Positions 8,539 through 17,988 of a stretch of DNA of 64,000 nucleotides are shown here, piece by piece (positions within the stretch are counted from its first letter, which is position 1; each line of letters starts with the position of its first letter). The stretch lies in NCBI GenBank assembly GCA_017883135.1, contig JADGOE010000008.1:72-64071 (forward strand). Reading direction: 5' to 3'. This DNA is from Acidimicrobiales bacterium. GTDB lineage: Bacteria; Actinomycetota; Acidimicrobiia; Acidimicrobiales; RAAP-2. Under the pieces are notes generated by a model. It searched no databases and had not been told where the DNA came from. It saw only the letters and a list, made by a program, of their open reading frames with translations. The position numbers were made by a program, and so were the translations under genes.

Positions 8539-10499
8539 GCCTGGTGCAGCACGCACGCTGCCACCACCGCCCCCGAGCCGGCGTTGCTGTCGACGCCGGT
8601 GCAGGCCACGAACGCCGACGGGCTGATGGTGATCGACGGCCCGGCGGACCCCACGTGGTCCCAGACCCACGCGCTCGCCTGGTGGACCGGGGCCCGACCG
8701 AGGGCGGTGGTGAAGAGCCCGACCGCATAGGGGACACCTCGGCCGCGGTCGTAGGTCGGCAACCCCGGCTGGTCCGGTACCACCACCGTGGTCACCCCCC
8801 AACCGGCCAACGCCTGGCGAACGGCGTGGAGCTCGGCCGTCCCGGGCTGTGGGGGAGGTCCCAGGTGCAGCGTGGCCCGGGCCAGTACGGCGAACCCGGG
8901 GGCCTCCGGTCCGGCCCGCGACCGGGTGATCCCCGGGCCGCCGCCGCCCACCATCGAGAAGGTCATCCCTGCCACCGCCTGCCAGGCCATCGACGACTGG
9001 ATGCCACCGAGGGCGGTGGGGTAGGGCAGGACCACTTGACCGTTTCCGAGCCGGGGCGCCACCGAGGTGAACCATCGAGGCACCACTACGGTCCGGACCG
9101 TCATCGGGATGTTCGGCCACAGCGCTCCTGCCACCGGCACCAGTGCCAACCCGGCGGTGGCCACTCCGGCGAGCGCGGCGCCACGCGGACCGACGCGGGG
9201 CACCGCCGCGGCCCGGACGTGCCCGACGACCACGGCGAGCAGCACCGCCACACAGGTGTCGATGATGACCGTGAGGTTGACCGGCACCACGTTGTCCAAC
9301 AGCGGAAGGTGGGTGAAGAGGCGCCACGGAGCCCAGTAGCCGTCACCCACCCCGAGGGAGAGCACGGCAGCCAGCAGGCCGATCAGGCCGAAGCACCACA
9401 GCAGACGGTCGTGGCGCCAGACCGCCACACCGCCGACGACCACGACGAGCACTCCGATCCCGAGGTAGGAGAGGAGCGGGAGGGTCGGTCCCTGGTAGCC
9501 GCCGAACAGGTGCATGATGCCGGTCAGCGGTGCCCCGAAGAAGCCGTCGACGAACTGGGCCGGCGTGTTGGCCACGGCGCCGGGTGGCTCGTCGGGCCAG
9601 GCCCTGCCGACCAGGTGGGCCGGACCGGCGAAGAAGAACCAGAGCGGGTAGGCCAACAGCACCGCCGCCAACCCTCCCGCCACACACAGCCCAGGTAACG
9701 CCCGGCGGACCGTGGTCGAGGTGGCGCTCGGCCGGTGCGCGAGCGCCCGCGATCCCACCACGAGTGCCGTCATCGACGCGAACAGCGCCACGAGGAGCAG
9801 CACCTCGACGCTGATGAAGAACTCCACCGTCACCAGTGCGCCCAGGGCCGCTCCCACCACGAGGACGCGGTGTCGGTGGCGGACGAAGAGGTCATCGATG
9901 CAACCGATGATGAGGGGCACCGGTGCCAGCAACCCGAAGTTGGGATGGGCGAGGGCCAGGCTGACGACGACGAAGGGCGAGAAGCCGAAGAACAGTCCAC
10001 CGACGAAGGCGGCCGGGTCCCAGGCCACCCAGCGGCGGAGCAGCCAGAACATGGCCAGTGCGGAGAGAGGAGGCGACGCCACGTCGATGAGGTTCAGCGA
10101 GGCGACCGGGCCGAACAGCCAGGTGACCGGGGCGAACACGACCCCGAGCACCAGCGAATTGGGAGCCATGTTGATCCCGCGGGGCACCAGGAGCTTGGAG
10201 GAGTAGAAGGGGTTGAGCCCGTGGCTGAGCGCGTATGCGGGCCACTTGATCACCCAGATCGTCAGCGCCGCGTCGCCGCAGCCGCAGGTGGTGACCGTCC
10301 TCGGATGGGGCATCACGTGCCACCAGAGGATCGAGGACAGGACGAGGTACGCCGCGCCGGCCACCGCGTAGGGAAGCCATCGGCGCCCGGGCGCGTCGAC
10401 CGCGTCCGTCAAGTCCCCCGCTTCGAGGTCGGGGCCGTCGAGGTCGGCTGCCGGACCGGGCGCGCGCTCCTGGCTGGGCGGATGCGACTGCGGTGTCAT
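8535..10499 (-). CDS. CxCxD-motif polytopic membrane protein, paralogue 2
   Basis: In-frame ATG at 10499 (MTPQSHPP...). The longer 753-aa ORF N-terminus is Arg/Pro-rich and unlikely to be real. Motifs: TTCGCGDAALTIW, KWPAYALSHG, APVTWLFGPVASLN, GFSPF, MVGGGGP, GWGVTTVVVP, AWVW. Confidence 0.8.
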   Translation of the reverse strand: MTPQSHPPSQERAPGPAADLDGPDLEAGDLTDAVDAPGRRWLPYAVAGAAYLVLSSILWWHVMPHPRTVTTCGCGDAALTIWVIKWPAYALSHGLNPFYSSKLLVPRGINMAPNSLVLGVVFAPVTWLFGPVASLNLIDVASPPLSALAMFWLLRRWVAWDPAAFVGGLFFGFSPFVVVSLALAHPNFGLLAPVPLIIGCIDDLFVRHRHRVLVVGAALGALVTVEFFISVEVLLLVALFASMTALVVGSRALAHRPSATSTTVRRALPGLCVAGGLAAVLLAYPLWFFFAGPAHLVGRAWPDEPPGAVANTPAQFVDGFFGAPLTGIMHLFGGYQGPTLPLLSYLGIGVLVVVVGGVAVWRHDRLLWCFGLIGLLAAVLSLGVGDGYWAPWRLFTHLPLLDNVVPVNLTVIIDTCVAVLLAVVVGHVRAAAVPRVGPRGAALAGVATAGLALVPVAGALWPNIPMTVRTVVVPRWFTSVAPRLGNGQVVLPYPTALGGIQSSMAWQAVAGMTFSMVGGGGPGITRSRAGPEAPGFAVLARATLHLGPPPQPGTAELHAVRQALAGWGVTTVVVPDQPGLPTYDRGRGVPYAVGLFTTALGRAPVHQASAWVWDHVGSAGPSITISPSAFVACTGVDSNAGSGAVVAACVLHQA

Positions 10500-10651
10500 C
10501 GGCTGGCGCGCATGGGTACGGGGTGGCCGCCGACCGGTGGTCGCCGCCATCGTGGAAGGCGGGCAAAGCATACCCACCGCCTCGACGGTCGACCGCGAGT
10601 CCGCAGCGGCAGGTCGATCGCCCGGTTGGCACCTAACATGCGGTTCCGGAC

Positions 10652-12631
10652 GTGACAGAGACCCCCGTTGTGATCGAGTCGCCGCCCGATGAGTTGTCGG
10701 ACGCCGATGTGGCGCCTGGCGGCGCTCGGTCGGCGTGGCAGGGGGCGGCACCGGCCGAGCGTTCGGGCCGCGGGCCGACCCGCCGGACCATCGCACTCCA
10801 CCTGGCCGTCTTCGGTGGGTTCGTGTTGGTGGGGGTGGTGCTGTGGTGGAACGTGTGGGTCACCGGCCATCCGACGACGACGCTGACCTGCCAGTGCGGT
10901 GACCCCAGCCAAGAGCTCTGGTTCCTGACGTGGACGCCGTGGGCCATCGTGCACGGCCACTCGCCGTTCCTCTCCAACGCCATCTTCGCCGGCCGGGGTG
11001 GCGCCAACATGATGGTCAACACCTCGTGGATGCTGCCGGCGGTCGTCATGGCTCCGATCACCTGGCTGTTCGGCCCGATCGCCTCGTTCAACGTGGCCGC
11101 CACGGTGGCACCGGCCGTTTCGGGGTGGTGCTTCTTCCTCGCGGCCCGACGTGTGACGACCTTCGTGCCCGCCCAGATCCTCGGTGCGCTGCTGTTCGGC
11201 TTCTCGCCGTTCGTGTTCCAGAACGATCCGTTCGGCCACCTCAATTTCGTCCTTCTCTTCTTCCCCCCGCTGGTCTTCATCCTTCTGCACGACCTCTTCG
11301 TCACCCACCGCCGTGCTCCCGTGCGCATCGGCGTGCTGCTGGCGGTGCTGGTGGTGGCGGAGTTCTTCACCAGCACCGAGCTGTTGGCCATGTGCACCCT
11401 GGTCACCGTGGGCACACTGGTGGCGGCCGCGGCGATGGCACCCCGCTCCGCCTGGGCCCAGCGGGCCCGCTTCCTCACCGCCTCGGCGCTGGCGGCCGGA
11501 ATCGCCCTGGTGGTACTGGCCTACCCGCTGTGGTTCACCGTGGCCGGGCCACGCCGGATCGTGGGCCTTCCGTGGACCAACTCCCCGAAACTGGGTATCA
11601 GCCCCTCGGCCATCGTCAACTCCGGGGTTCGGGTACACGCCTCGTCGCTCTTCGACCGGGTCGGGGGGTACTTCGGCGGGGTCGGCCCCAATGCAGGTCC
11701 GGTACACGTGCCGAGCCTGGTCTTCTTCGGCACGTTTCTGATCGGCTTCCTCCTGGTGTCGGTCGTCACCTGGTACCGGTCGCGCCTGGCCTGGGCCCTC
11801 CTCGTCGGCACCGTGGTCGCCTGGCTGCTCTCGTTCGGGACCACGATGGGCACCGAGGCCGCCCCACTTGCGATGCAGGTGCACCCGTGGTGGCTCCCGT
11901 GGCGCCTCCTCTCGCGCATCCCGTTGGTGGCCGACATCCTGCCGATCCGGCTCGGGGTGATGGTCACTTTCGGCGTCGCGATGCTGCTTGCCATCTCGCT
12001 CGACCGGTGGCGGACCATCGTCGGAGCGGCCCTCGACGACCGCGGCCCGGCGACCGCGGCTGGCGCGGCCGGGCACCGCCGGTCAAGGTTGATCACCACG
12101 GTGCTGGTCACCGCGGTGGGGATCGGCGTGCTGGTGCCGGTGGCCCTCGCCGAGCCCGTGCCGTTCACCGTGGTGCCTTCGACCCTGCCTGCCTGGTTCA
12201 CCTCCGACGCACAGCGACTGCCCGCTGGGACCGTCGTCTTGGTGCTCCCCTTCGCAGGACAGACCGCCATGGGTTGGCAGGCCCAGGCCGGTCTGACCTT
12301 CGCGCTTGCGGGGGGTTTCGCCGTCGTTCCCGACCCCGGAGGGCGTTCGGCCTTCGCGTCCCCACCCGCCGGAGCGATCGCGGTCCTCGACCGCCTGTCC
12401 GCCGATCCCCAGACCTTGGTGACGACACCACTCCCGTCCTCTGCCACCGATGTCGCTGAGGTGAGGAGCGCGATCGAGCGATGGCAGGTCGGAGTCACCG
12501 TGGTCACCCGGACGGGCTTGCAAGCGGACTACTCGGCCGGCTTCCTCTCCGCCGTGTACGGCCGTCCGCCCCGCTTCGTCGACGGCGTATGGGTCTGGAC
12601 CGGGCCTCCCGGACCGGCAGGGGCCGGCTGA
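10652..12631 (+). CDS. CxCxD-motif polytopic membrane protein, paralogue 3 (most divergent)
   Basis: 659 aa with GTG start, divergent from paralogue 2. Motifs: LTCQCGDPSQELW, WAIVHGHSPF, NTS, APITWLFGPIASFN, GFSPF. The C-terminus ends VWVW. Confidence 0.8.
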   Translation: MTETPVVIESPPDELSDADVAPGGARSAWQGAAPAERSGRGPTRRTIALHLAVFGGFVLVGVVLWWNVWVTGHPTTTLTCQCGDPSQELWFLTWTPWAIVHGHSPFLSNAIFAGRGGANMMVNTSWMLPAVVMAPITWLFGPIASFNVAATVAPAVSGWCFFLAARRVTTFVPAQILGALLFGFSPFVFQNDPFGHLNFVLLFFPPLVFILLHDLFVTHRRAPVRIGVLLAVLVVAEFFTSTELLAMCTLVTVGTLVAAAAMAPRSAWAQRARFLTASALAAGIALVVLAYPLWFTVAGPRRIVGLPWTNSPKLGISPSAIVNSGVRVHASSLFDRVGGYFGGVGPNAGPVHVPSLVFFGTFLIGFLLVSVVTWYRSRLAWALLVGTVVAWLLSFGTTMGTEAAPLAMQVHPWWLPWRLLSRIPLVADILPIRLGVMVTFGVAMLLAISLDRWRTIVGAALDDRGPATAAGAAGHRRSRLITTVLVTAVGIGVLVPVALAEPVPFTVVPSTLPAWFTSDAQRLPAGTVVLVLPFAGQTAMGWQAQAGLTFALAGGFAVVPDPGGRSAFASPPAGAIAVLDRLSADPQTLVTTPLPSSATDVAEVRSAIERWQVGVTVVTRTGLQADYSAGFLSAVYGRPPRFVDGVWVWTGPPGPAGAG

Positions 12632-12645
12632 TAGCGTCCACAGCC

Positions 12646-13146
12646 GTGAGCGGAGACGGTTCGCCGAGCCGTGGGATCGGGCCCGGTCGCCTCTCCGGGG
12701 CGTCCGTGGTCGTCGTGGGCGTCGTCGTGGCCACCGCGGCGATGGTCGGGCTGGGCGTCCAGGCGGTCAGCGGGGCCCGGACGGTGACCGCGCAACGAAG
12801 TGCGGGATCTGCTCGAGATGCTGCACTGGACGATGCGTTCTACCGCTGTATCGACGTGCAGACAGCCAGCTTGGTGTCGCCGGGCCAGCCGGTGGTCGTC
12901 GCCAACTCCAACCTGGCGGACTTCATCACCCTGGTGAAGGGGGCCGGCAGCTGGCTCACGATTGCCGAACCGCCGTCCCGCGCGTCTGGCGAGCTCTCGT
13001 TGCGCAACAACGTTGCTGGGCCCGGCACCTGTCGCGGCACCGTCGTGGTGGAACGCTACGCGGTGCCGCACCACGGGGTCAGGGTCGGTGTCGGCTCTGG
13101 GGCGAGCGTCCCGGGACACGGGCCACCACCGGCGACGCCCCTATGA
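12646..13146 (+). CDS. Small membrane-anchored/secreted hypothetical protein
   Basis: In-frame GTG at 12646, 15 nt after the paralogue-3 stop. One N-terminal hydrophobic segment (VVVVGVVVATAAMVGLGV) followed by a ~120-aa hydrophilic domain. Codon usage resembles its neighbours. Confidence 0.45.
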   Translation: MSGDGSPSRGIGPGRLSGASVVVVGVVVATAAMVGLGVQAVSGARTVTAQRSAGSARDAALDDAFYRCIDVQTASLVSPGQPVVVANSNLADFITLVKGAGSWLTIAEPPSRASGELSLRNNVAGPGTCRGTVVVERYAVPHHGVRVGVGSGASVPGHGPPPATPL

Positions 13147-13170
13147 CCGCTCCCGGCGGGTGAAGCGGCG

Positions 13171-14763
13171 ATGAGCACGGCTCCGGCGGCGATGGTGGCC
13201 ATGGTGGTGCTGTCGGCCTCGGGCCTGCTGCCCGTGCTCGTGCTGGTCGGTCTGCGCTGGATCACCATTCCCCTGGCCCCACTGGCCGGCGCCCTCGTCG
13301 CCGCGTTCGCGGCCACCGGCTTCGTGGCGTTCGGCGGGACATTTCTGGAATGGTTCGTCGCCCTGGCGGTGGCCGGAGCGTGCGCGATCGGTGCCGGCTG
13401 GGTGCTGCGCCCGGACCTGCGACCGCGGTGGCCGGTGTCGGGCCCGGGCCAGGTCCACCTGTCCGGCGGCCGGTATCGGGCGACGGGTGCCATCGGCATG
13501 GTCGCCGTCCTCGCCACCTGTGCATGGTGCCTGAGCGACCTCTCCTCGCCCACGGTCGGGTTCGATGCCCGGGCGGTGTGGCTGCAGAGGTCCGGGTGGT
13601 TCCTCCAATCCCACCATCAGCTCCTCGTCAACATGCGGGTGCCGTACATGGTGCTGATCCAGAGCGCGTACCCCTCGCTGGTCAGCGCTTCGGGAGCGGT
13701 GGCCTGGGGGGTCACCGGCAACCACTCCATGCGCCTGGGAGTGGTTGTGATCTCTCTGCTCAACGCGTGCGCCCTGGCCACCGCGGCCTTTGCAGTCGTC
13801 GAGGTCGGGCGCAACCTCGCCAGGCGCCTGTCGGTGCGCGAGGACCGGGCCGGGCCCGACCGCCCTCTGCCCACTGCACCCTTGGCGGTGGGGGTGGTCT
13901 CCGCCGTGCTCCTCGTCCTCATCTCCTTCGGGATCACCGGGCCGTTCATGACCAACGGCTACGCCGACCCGCTCTGGTCACTGGCGGCGGTCGGTGCCGT
14001 CGCCTACGGGCTGCAACTGCAGTCCGGGCGCTCCGAGCAGGGTGTGGCGGTGATCCTCGTGCTGGTCGCCGGGGCGTCGAAGAACGAGGGATTCGCGACC
14101 GCTGCCGCCCTCATCGTCCTGATCGCACTGCGTGGTCTGGTGGCCGCCCGGAGGGACGAGCCCCAACGCCCGTGGTGGCCGCCTGTCCTCGTGGGAGCCG
14201 GCGAGCTGGCTGCCATCGCTGTGTGGCCCGTGCTCATGGAGGTCCTCGGTGTCCGGGGTCGGTCCACCTCCTTGACCGCGGGTGCGGTGGTGTCCCGCTC
14301 CCGCGCCAGCTACGACGCGCTCTCCCCCTACCTGCACTCGCTGGTGTGGGCGGTACCGATTGCCGTCGTCGGCGGCCTGGTCCTCTCGGGGGTCCGCAGG
14401 CGGAGTGGGATCGCCAACGACTGGTGGGCCTGGGCCGGGCTGGCCGGCGGGCTGGTCGCCGTCGTGGGTGCACTCGCGACCGGCACCGGTGCCATCGGGC
14501 CCTGGCTGGTGACAACGGCGCACCGGGTCACCGAGTTCCCTGCCCTCTGCGGGTGGTGGATCGTGGCCACCTGGGCCGTCGTGGCCAGCGGTGCGTCGCC
14601 ATCCGAGGACCGGCGGCGGACGCCTGGCGAACCGCCCGATCGCGGGACCGGCACCAGGCCCCCGGACGCCGTTTCCGAAGGCCGGCCGGATAGTCACGAG
14701 CGGGGCCAGACGTCCCGAGCACTGCCGGTGGGACACAATGGTTGTGATGTCCGACCAGCGTGA
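13171..14763 (+). CDS. Polytopic integral membrane protein (unassigned; different family from the CxCxD paralogues)
   Basis: 530-aa ORF with ATG start. About a dozen hydrophobic segments. Sits within the same-strand gene string, and its 3' end overlaps the next gene's start. Confidence 0.7.
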   Translation: MSTAPAAMVAMVVLSASGLLPVLVLVGLRWITIPLAPLAGALVAAFAATGFVAFGGTFLEWFVALAVAGACAIGAGWVLRPDLRPRWPVSGPGQVHLSGGRYRATGAIGMVAVLATCAWCLSDLSSPTVGFDARAVWLQRSGWFLQSHHQLLVNMRVPYMVLIQSAYPSLVSASGAVAWGVTGNHSMRLGVVVISLLNACALATAAFAVVEVGRNLARRLSVREDRAGPDRPLPTAPLAVGVVSAVLLVLISFGITGPFMTNGYADPLWSLAAVGAVAYGLQLQSGRSEQGVAVILVLVAGASKNEGFATAAALIVLIALRGLVAARRDEPQRPWWPPVLVGAGELAAIAVWPVLMEVLGVRGRSTSLTAGAVVSRSRASYDALSPYLHSLVWAVPIAVVGGLVLSGVRRRSGIANDWWAWAGLAGGLVAVVGALATGTGAIGPWLVTTAHRVTEFPALCGWWIVATWAVVASGASPSEDRRRTPGEPPDRGTGTRPPDAVSEGRPDSHERGQTSRALPVGHNGCDVRPA

Positions 14764-16108
14764 GTCCGCCAGCCCGCTGGCCACGGTCCCGAGCAGCCAG
14801 GTGCCGCCGGCCGAGGTGTCCACGTCCGCGGCGACCCCCGGCACCGGGGGGAAGGCGTTCTCCCTCGGTAACCGGCCCGCGCTGACCGGCATCCGGGCCA
14901 TCGCACTCTCCTTCGTCCTGATCTTCCACTCCAACTTCAAGACCCTTCCGGGTGCGTGGGTCTCGCTGGGGATCTTCTTCGTGCTGAGCGGGTTCCTCAT
15001 CACCACGATGTTGGCCGGCGAGCACCAGCGGACGGGTCGGATCAGCCTGAGCAAGTTTTACTCGCGACGCGGCGTCCGGCTGCTTCCCCCGCTCCTGATC
15101 GCGGTGGCACTCCTCGGCCTCTACGCCACCTTCGTGCCGGTGGCCAACGCCGGCAACCGGATCTGGGGGGACTCGGCCGCCGCGGTGTTCTACCTGTCCG
15201 ACTACCGCTCCGCCTTCGGCCACGAGCCGTTCCTCGGGTTCATGTCCCAGTGCTGGTCGCTGGCGGTCGAGGAGCAGTTCTATCTGATTTGGGCGGCGCT
15301 GCTGCTGGTGGCGCTCAAGTTCGGCAATCGCAAGCTCGCCTACACCCTGACCTGCATCGGGATCGCGGTGTGCGCAGCCAACCGGATCTACCTGGTACTC
15401 GGTGCCCACCACTGGAACAGCTACGTCGCAGGGCGCGCCTACTACGCGTTCGACACCCGCGGCGACGCGCTCTTCCTTGGATGTCTGCTCGGGCTGATCG
15501 CCACCGGGGGCCACCTCGAGGGATGGAAGCCGTGGGCCAAACGGACCTTGAGCGTCCTGGCCGTCGCCTCGACCGCCAGCTTGATCTGGATCATCGCGAC
15601 GGTGGGCCTGGCCGCCAGGTCGCTGCCCCTGTGGTGGCTGCCGATCAGCGAGGTCGCCTCGGCCGTCATCATCGTCTACCTGATCATCCGACCCAAGGGA
15701 GTAGGTACCCGCGCGATGAGCTTCTCCGCGTTGGTGCTGGTGGGGAACATGTCGTACACCATCTACATCCTCCACTGGCCGGTCTACGTGGCCATCAGCC
15801 CGTTCACCGTGCGATGGTCGTACGGGGTCACCGAGGTGGTCCGGCTCGCCATCATCCTGCCGCTGGCCGCCCTCAGCTGGTACCTGATGGAGCAGCCGTT
15901 GATGCGATGGCGCCGGAGGGCGCTCGAGGTGGCGGCCGCCCCTGCGCCCATCGAGGGTCTTGGTGTCCCTGTGGTCCCGGCCGCCGTCGGCGACGCGCAT
16001 CCCGCGCCCGTCGAGGCGCCCGGCGCGGAGGAAGGGCCCCACCCGGGCGACCACGTTGTGCCGGACGGACGGCCGCTTGCCCGCCGGCCCACCCCGGCAT
16101 TCGAATGA
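14738..16108 (+). CDS. Acyltransferase family 3 membrane protein (short form)
   Basis: LTGIRAIALSFVLIFHSNF, GIFFVLSGFLITTML, WSLAVEEQFYLIW. In-frame ATGs at 14738 and 14747 overlap the upstream gene end. Paralogue of 3691-5178. Confidence 0.85.
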   Translation: MVVMSDQRESASPLATVPSSQVPPAEVSTSAATPGTGGKAFSLGNRPALTGIRAIALSFVLIFHSNFKTLPGAWVSLGIFFVLSGFLITTMLAGEHQRTGRISLSKFYSRRGVRLLPPLLIAVALLGLYATFVPVANAGNRIWGDSAAAVFYLSDYRSAFGHEPFLGFMSQCWSLAVEEQFYLIWAALLLVALKFGNRKLAYTLTCIGIAVCAANRIYLVLGAHHWNSYVAGRAYYAFDTRGDALFLGCLLGLIATGGHLEGWKPWAKRTLSVLAVASTASLIWIIATVGLAARSLPLWWLPISEVASAVIIVYLIIRPKGVGTRAMSFSALVLVGNMSYTIYILHWPVYVAISPFTVRWSYGVTEVVRLAIILPLAALSWYLMEQPLMRWRRRALEVAAAPAPIEGLGVPVVPAAVGDAHPAPVEAPGAEEGPHPGDHVVPDGRPLARRPTPAFE

Positions 16109-17988
16109 GCCGGACGGCCTGCTCGGGTGGTGAGACGGACCTGCCTGCGGCATCGACATCCCGACTGGGCCCGGCAGCTGCGGCAGCCGACCGAAGCCGC
16201 CGCCCCTCCCGACTGCCCGGCTGGTGGTACGTGGTGGTGCCCACCGCCATCGTGCTGGTCGGCGCGTGGCTCTACCGCTGGGTGGACGAGGACGCGTTCG
16301 TCAACTTCCGGATCATCGGCAACCTGGTGGCCGGTAACGGGCTGGTCTACAACCTCGGCGAGCGGGTCGAAGCCGGCTCCGATCCCCTCTGGCTGTTCTC
16401 ACTGACGGCGCTCCACGAGGTACTTCCCTTCGTGGCGCTGGAGTGGCTGTCGGTCGTCCTCGGGCTCTGCTGCACAGGAGCCGGCTTCCTCGCCGGCGGG
16501 CGGGCCGTGCAGCGGCTGGGACACTCGCGCCACGAGACCGCGGTGTTCCCCCTCGGGCTCCTCGTGGTGTCGGTGGTCGCGGGTGTCTGGGAGTTCGCGA
16601 CGTCGGGGCTCGAGATGTCGATGGTCTTCTTGTGGCTGGGAGTCTGCTTCCTCGCGCTGGTGCGGGTCGAGGGGCGGCGGAGCAGGGCGGTGCCGGCCGC
16701 CGTGGTGATGGGACTCGGCACGTTGATCAGGCCCGAACTGGCCCTGGGGTCGGTGGTCTTCCTCGCGGCCCTGCTGGTGGTGGTGGCCGCGCCGGGCTGG
16801 TCTCCGGCCGGCGGGCGCCTCCGCCGGTGCATACTTCCCCTGGGGGGCGCCTTGGCCGTCCCGCTCGCCTACCAGCTCTTCCGCATGTGCTACTTCGCCC
16901 TGTTGGTGCCCTCGACCGGACTGGCCAAGGCGGCGGCCTCCTCGTGGTGGACACAGGGATTCACCTATCTGTGGAACTTCGCGTCCCCCTACGCGCTGTG
17001 GCTCCCGTTGCTGCTGGCCGTGCCCTTCGTGGCCCTGCGGGTGTCCGACTGGTGGAGCCGGGGCGATCGCATCGGGGTGGTGGTACTGGTCACCCCCATC
17101 GTGGTCGGGGCGGCCGACGTCCTCTACGTGGTCCATCTGGGTGGTGACTACATGCACGCCCGGCTGCTGCTGCCGGGATTCTTCGCCCTCTGTCTCCCGA
17201 TCTTCGTCACCGTCCGCCAGGCATCCACTGCACTGGCCCTGCCGCTGGCCGCGATCGTGGTGTGGGCGGTCGTCTGCGCCGGCTGGATGCGGTTCGTCCC
17301 ACCCACCACGTCGAGCCTCGACCCCCAGGCGGTCTTCATCTCCAACGAGCGCAACAGCTGGATCACCGCGACCGGACATGCCCATCCGGTGACCGCGGCC
17401 GACTACCGAGGAGCTCTGTCCGGCAAAGCCGGGGAGCTGCTCGACCGCCTGTCCCATCGGGTGCCCCACGGCAAGCAGGTGCTCCTGGTCGTCACCAATC
17501 CCTTCGCACCGCTGGACGCGCTGGGTACCGAGCCCGCTCGATCGGCGCTGCCGTTCACCTTGGCCGTCAATGTGCCCGCCATCGGCGTGATCGGGTACCT
17601 GGCCGGCCCGGACGTCTACATCTTCGATGCCTTTTCGCTGGCCAATCCCATCGGCAGCCACACCACGGTCACCAGGCACGCCCGCCCGGGGCACGAGAAG
17701 TACATCGGCCCTGCATGGATGGTGGCGCGCTTCGGGGTCGGCGGGCGGCCCCCGGCCTCCGGTGACCCGTCGGCCGGGTCGGTGGCGAACGCCCGGTCCG
17801 CCCTGGCCTGTGATCCCCTGCGGTCCTACCTCGGTGCAATCACCGCGCCGATGGGCGTGTCGCAGGCGATCTCCAACCTCGGCGACTCGTTCCGGTTCAC
17901 CACCATGTCCTTCAGCGCCAATCCGACCCTCGCCGCCGCCCAGCTCTGCGGTGCCCCATCGTCGCACCGTCCAGCCGCCGCCCGATGA
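16105..17988 (+). CDS. GT-C-like polytopic membrane protein (putative polyprenyl-phosphate-sugar dependent glycosyltransferase)
   Basis: The ATG at 16105 overlaps the TGA of the acyltransferase (ATGA). The upstream third of the 1010-aa ORF is an out-of-frame shadow over that gene. TM1 is followed by an acidic loop (WVDEDAFVNFRIIGNLVAGNGLVYNLGERVEAGSDPLW), then many TM segments and a C-terminal soluble part. Confidence 0.7.
   Translation: MSRTACSGGETDLPAASTSRLGPAAAAADRSRRPSRLPGWWYVVVPTAIVLVGAWLYRWVDEDAFVNFRIIGNLVAGNGLVYNLGERVEAGSDPLWLFSLTALHEVLPFVALEWLSVVLGLCCTGAGFLAGGRAVQRLGHSRHETAVFPLGLLVVSVVAGVWEFATSGLEMSMVFLWLGVCFLALVRVEGRRSRAVPAAVVMGLGTLIRPELALGSVVFLAALLVVVAAPGWSPAGGRLRRCILPLGGALAVPLAYQLFRMCYFALLVPSTGLAKAAASSWWTQGFTYLWNFASPYALWLPLLLAVPFVALRVSDWWSRGDRIGVVVLVTPIVVGAADVLYVVHLGGDYMHARLLLPGFFALCLPIFVTVRQASTALALPLAAIVVWAVVCAGWMRFVPPTTSSLDPQAVFISNERNSWITATGHAHPVTAADYRGALSGKAGELLDRLSHRVPHGKQVLLVVTNPFAPLDALGTEPARSALPFTLAVNVPAIGVIGYLAGPDVYIFDAFSLANPIGSHTTVTRHARPGHEKYIGPAWMVARFGVGGRPPASGDPSAGSVANARSALACDPLRSYLGAITAPMGVSQAISNLGDSFRFTTMSFSANPTLAAAQLCGAPSSHRPAAAR

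Noticed and set aside
8539-9327. N-terminal extension of the 929-aa ORF 6538-9327
   Set aside because: It overlaps the C-terminal domain of paralogue 2 in a different frame and is Arg/Gly/Pro-rich. The paralogue alignment begins just after the GTG at 8538.
10500-10651. Divergent promoter region between paralogues 2 and 3 (TAACAT at 10634-10639, ggtcgacc palindrome)
   Set aside because: No convincing -35/-10 pair with proper spacing, and no extended inverted repeat. Too weak to annotate.
14956-16104. N-terminal 383 codons of the 1010-aa plus-strand ORF 14956-17988
   Set aside because: This part overlaps the acyltransferase-3 gene (14738-16108) in another frame and translates to Arg/Pro/Gly-rich sequence. 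A clean ATG at 16105 overlapping the AT3 stop gives a sensible membrane protein, so only 16105-17988 is called.
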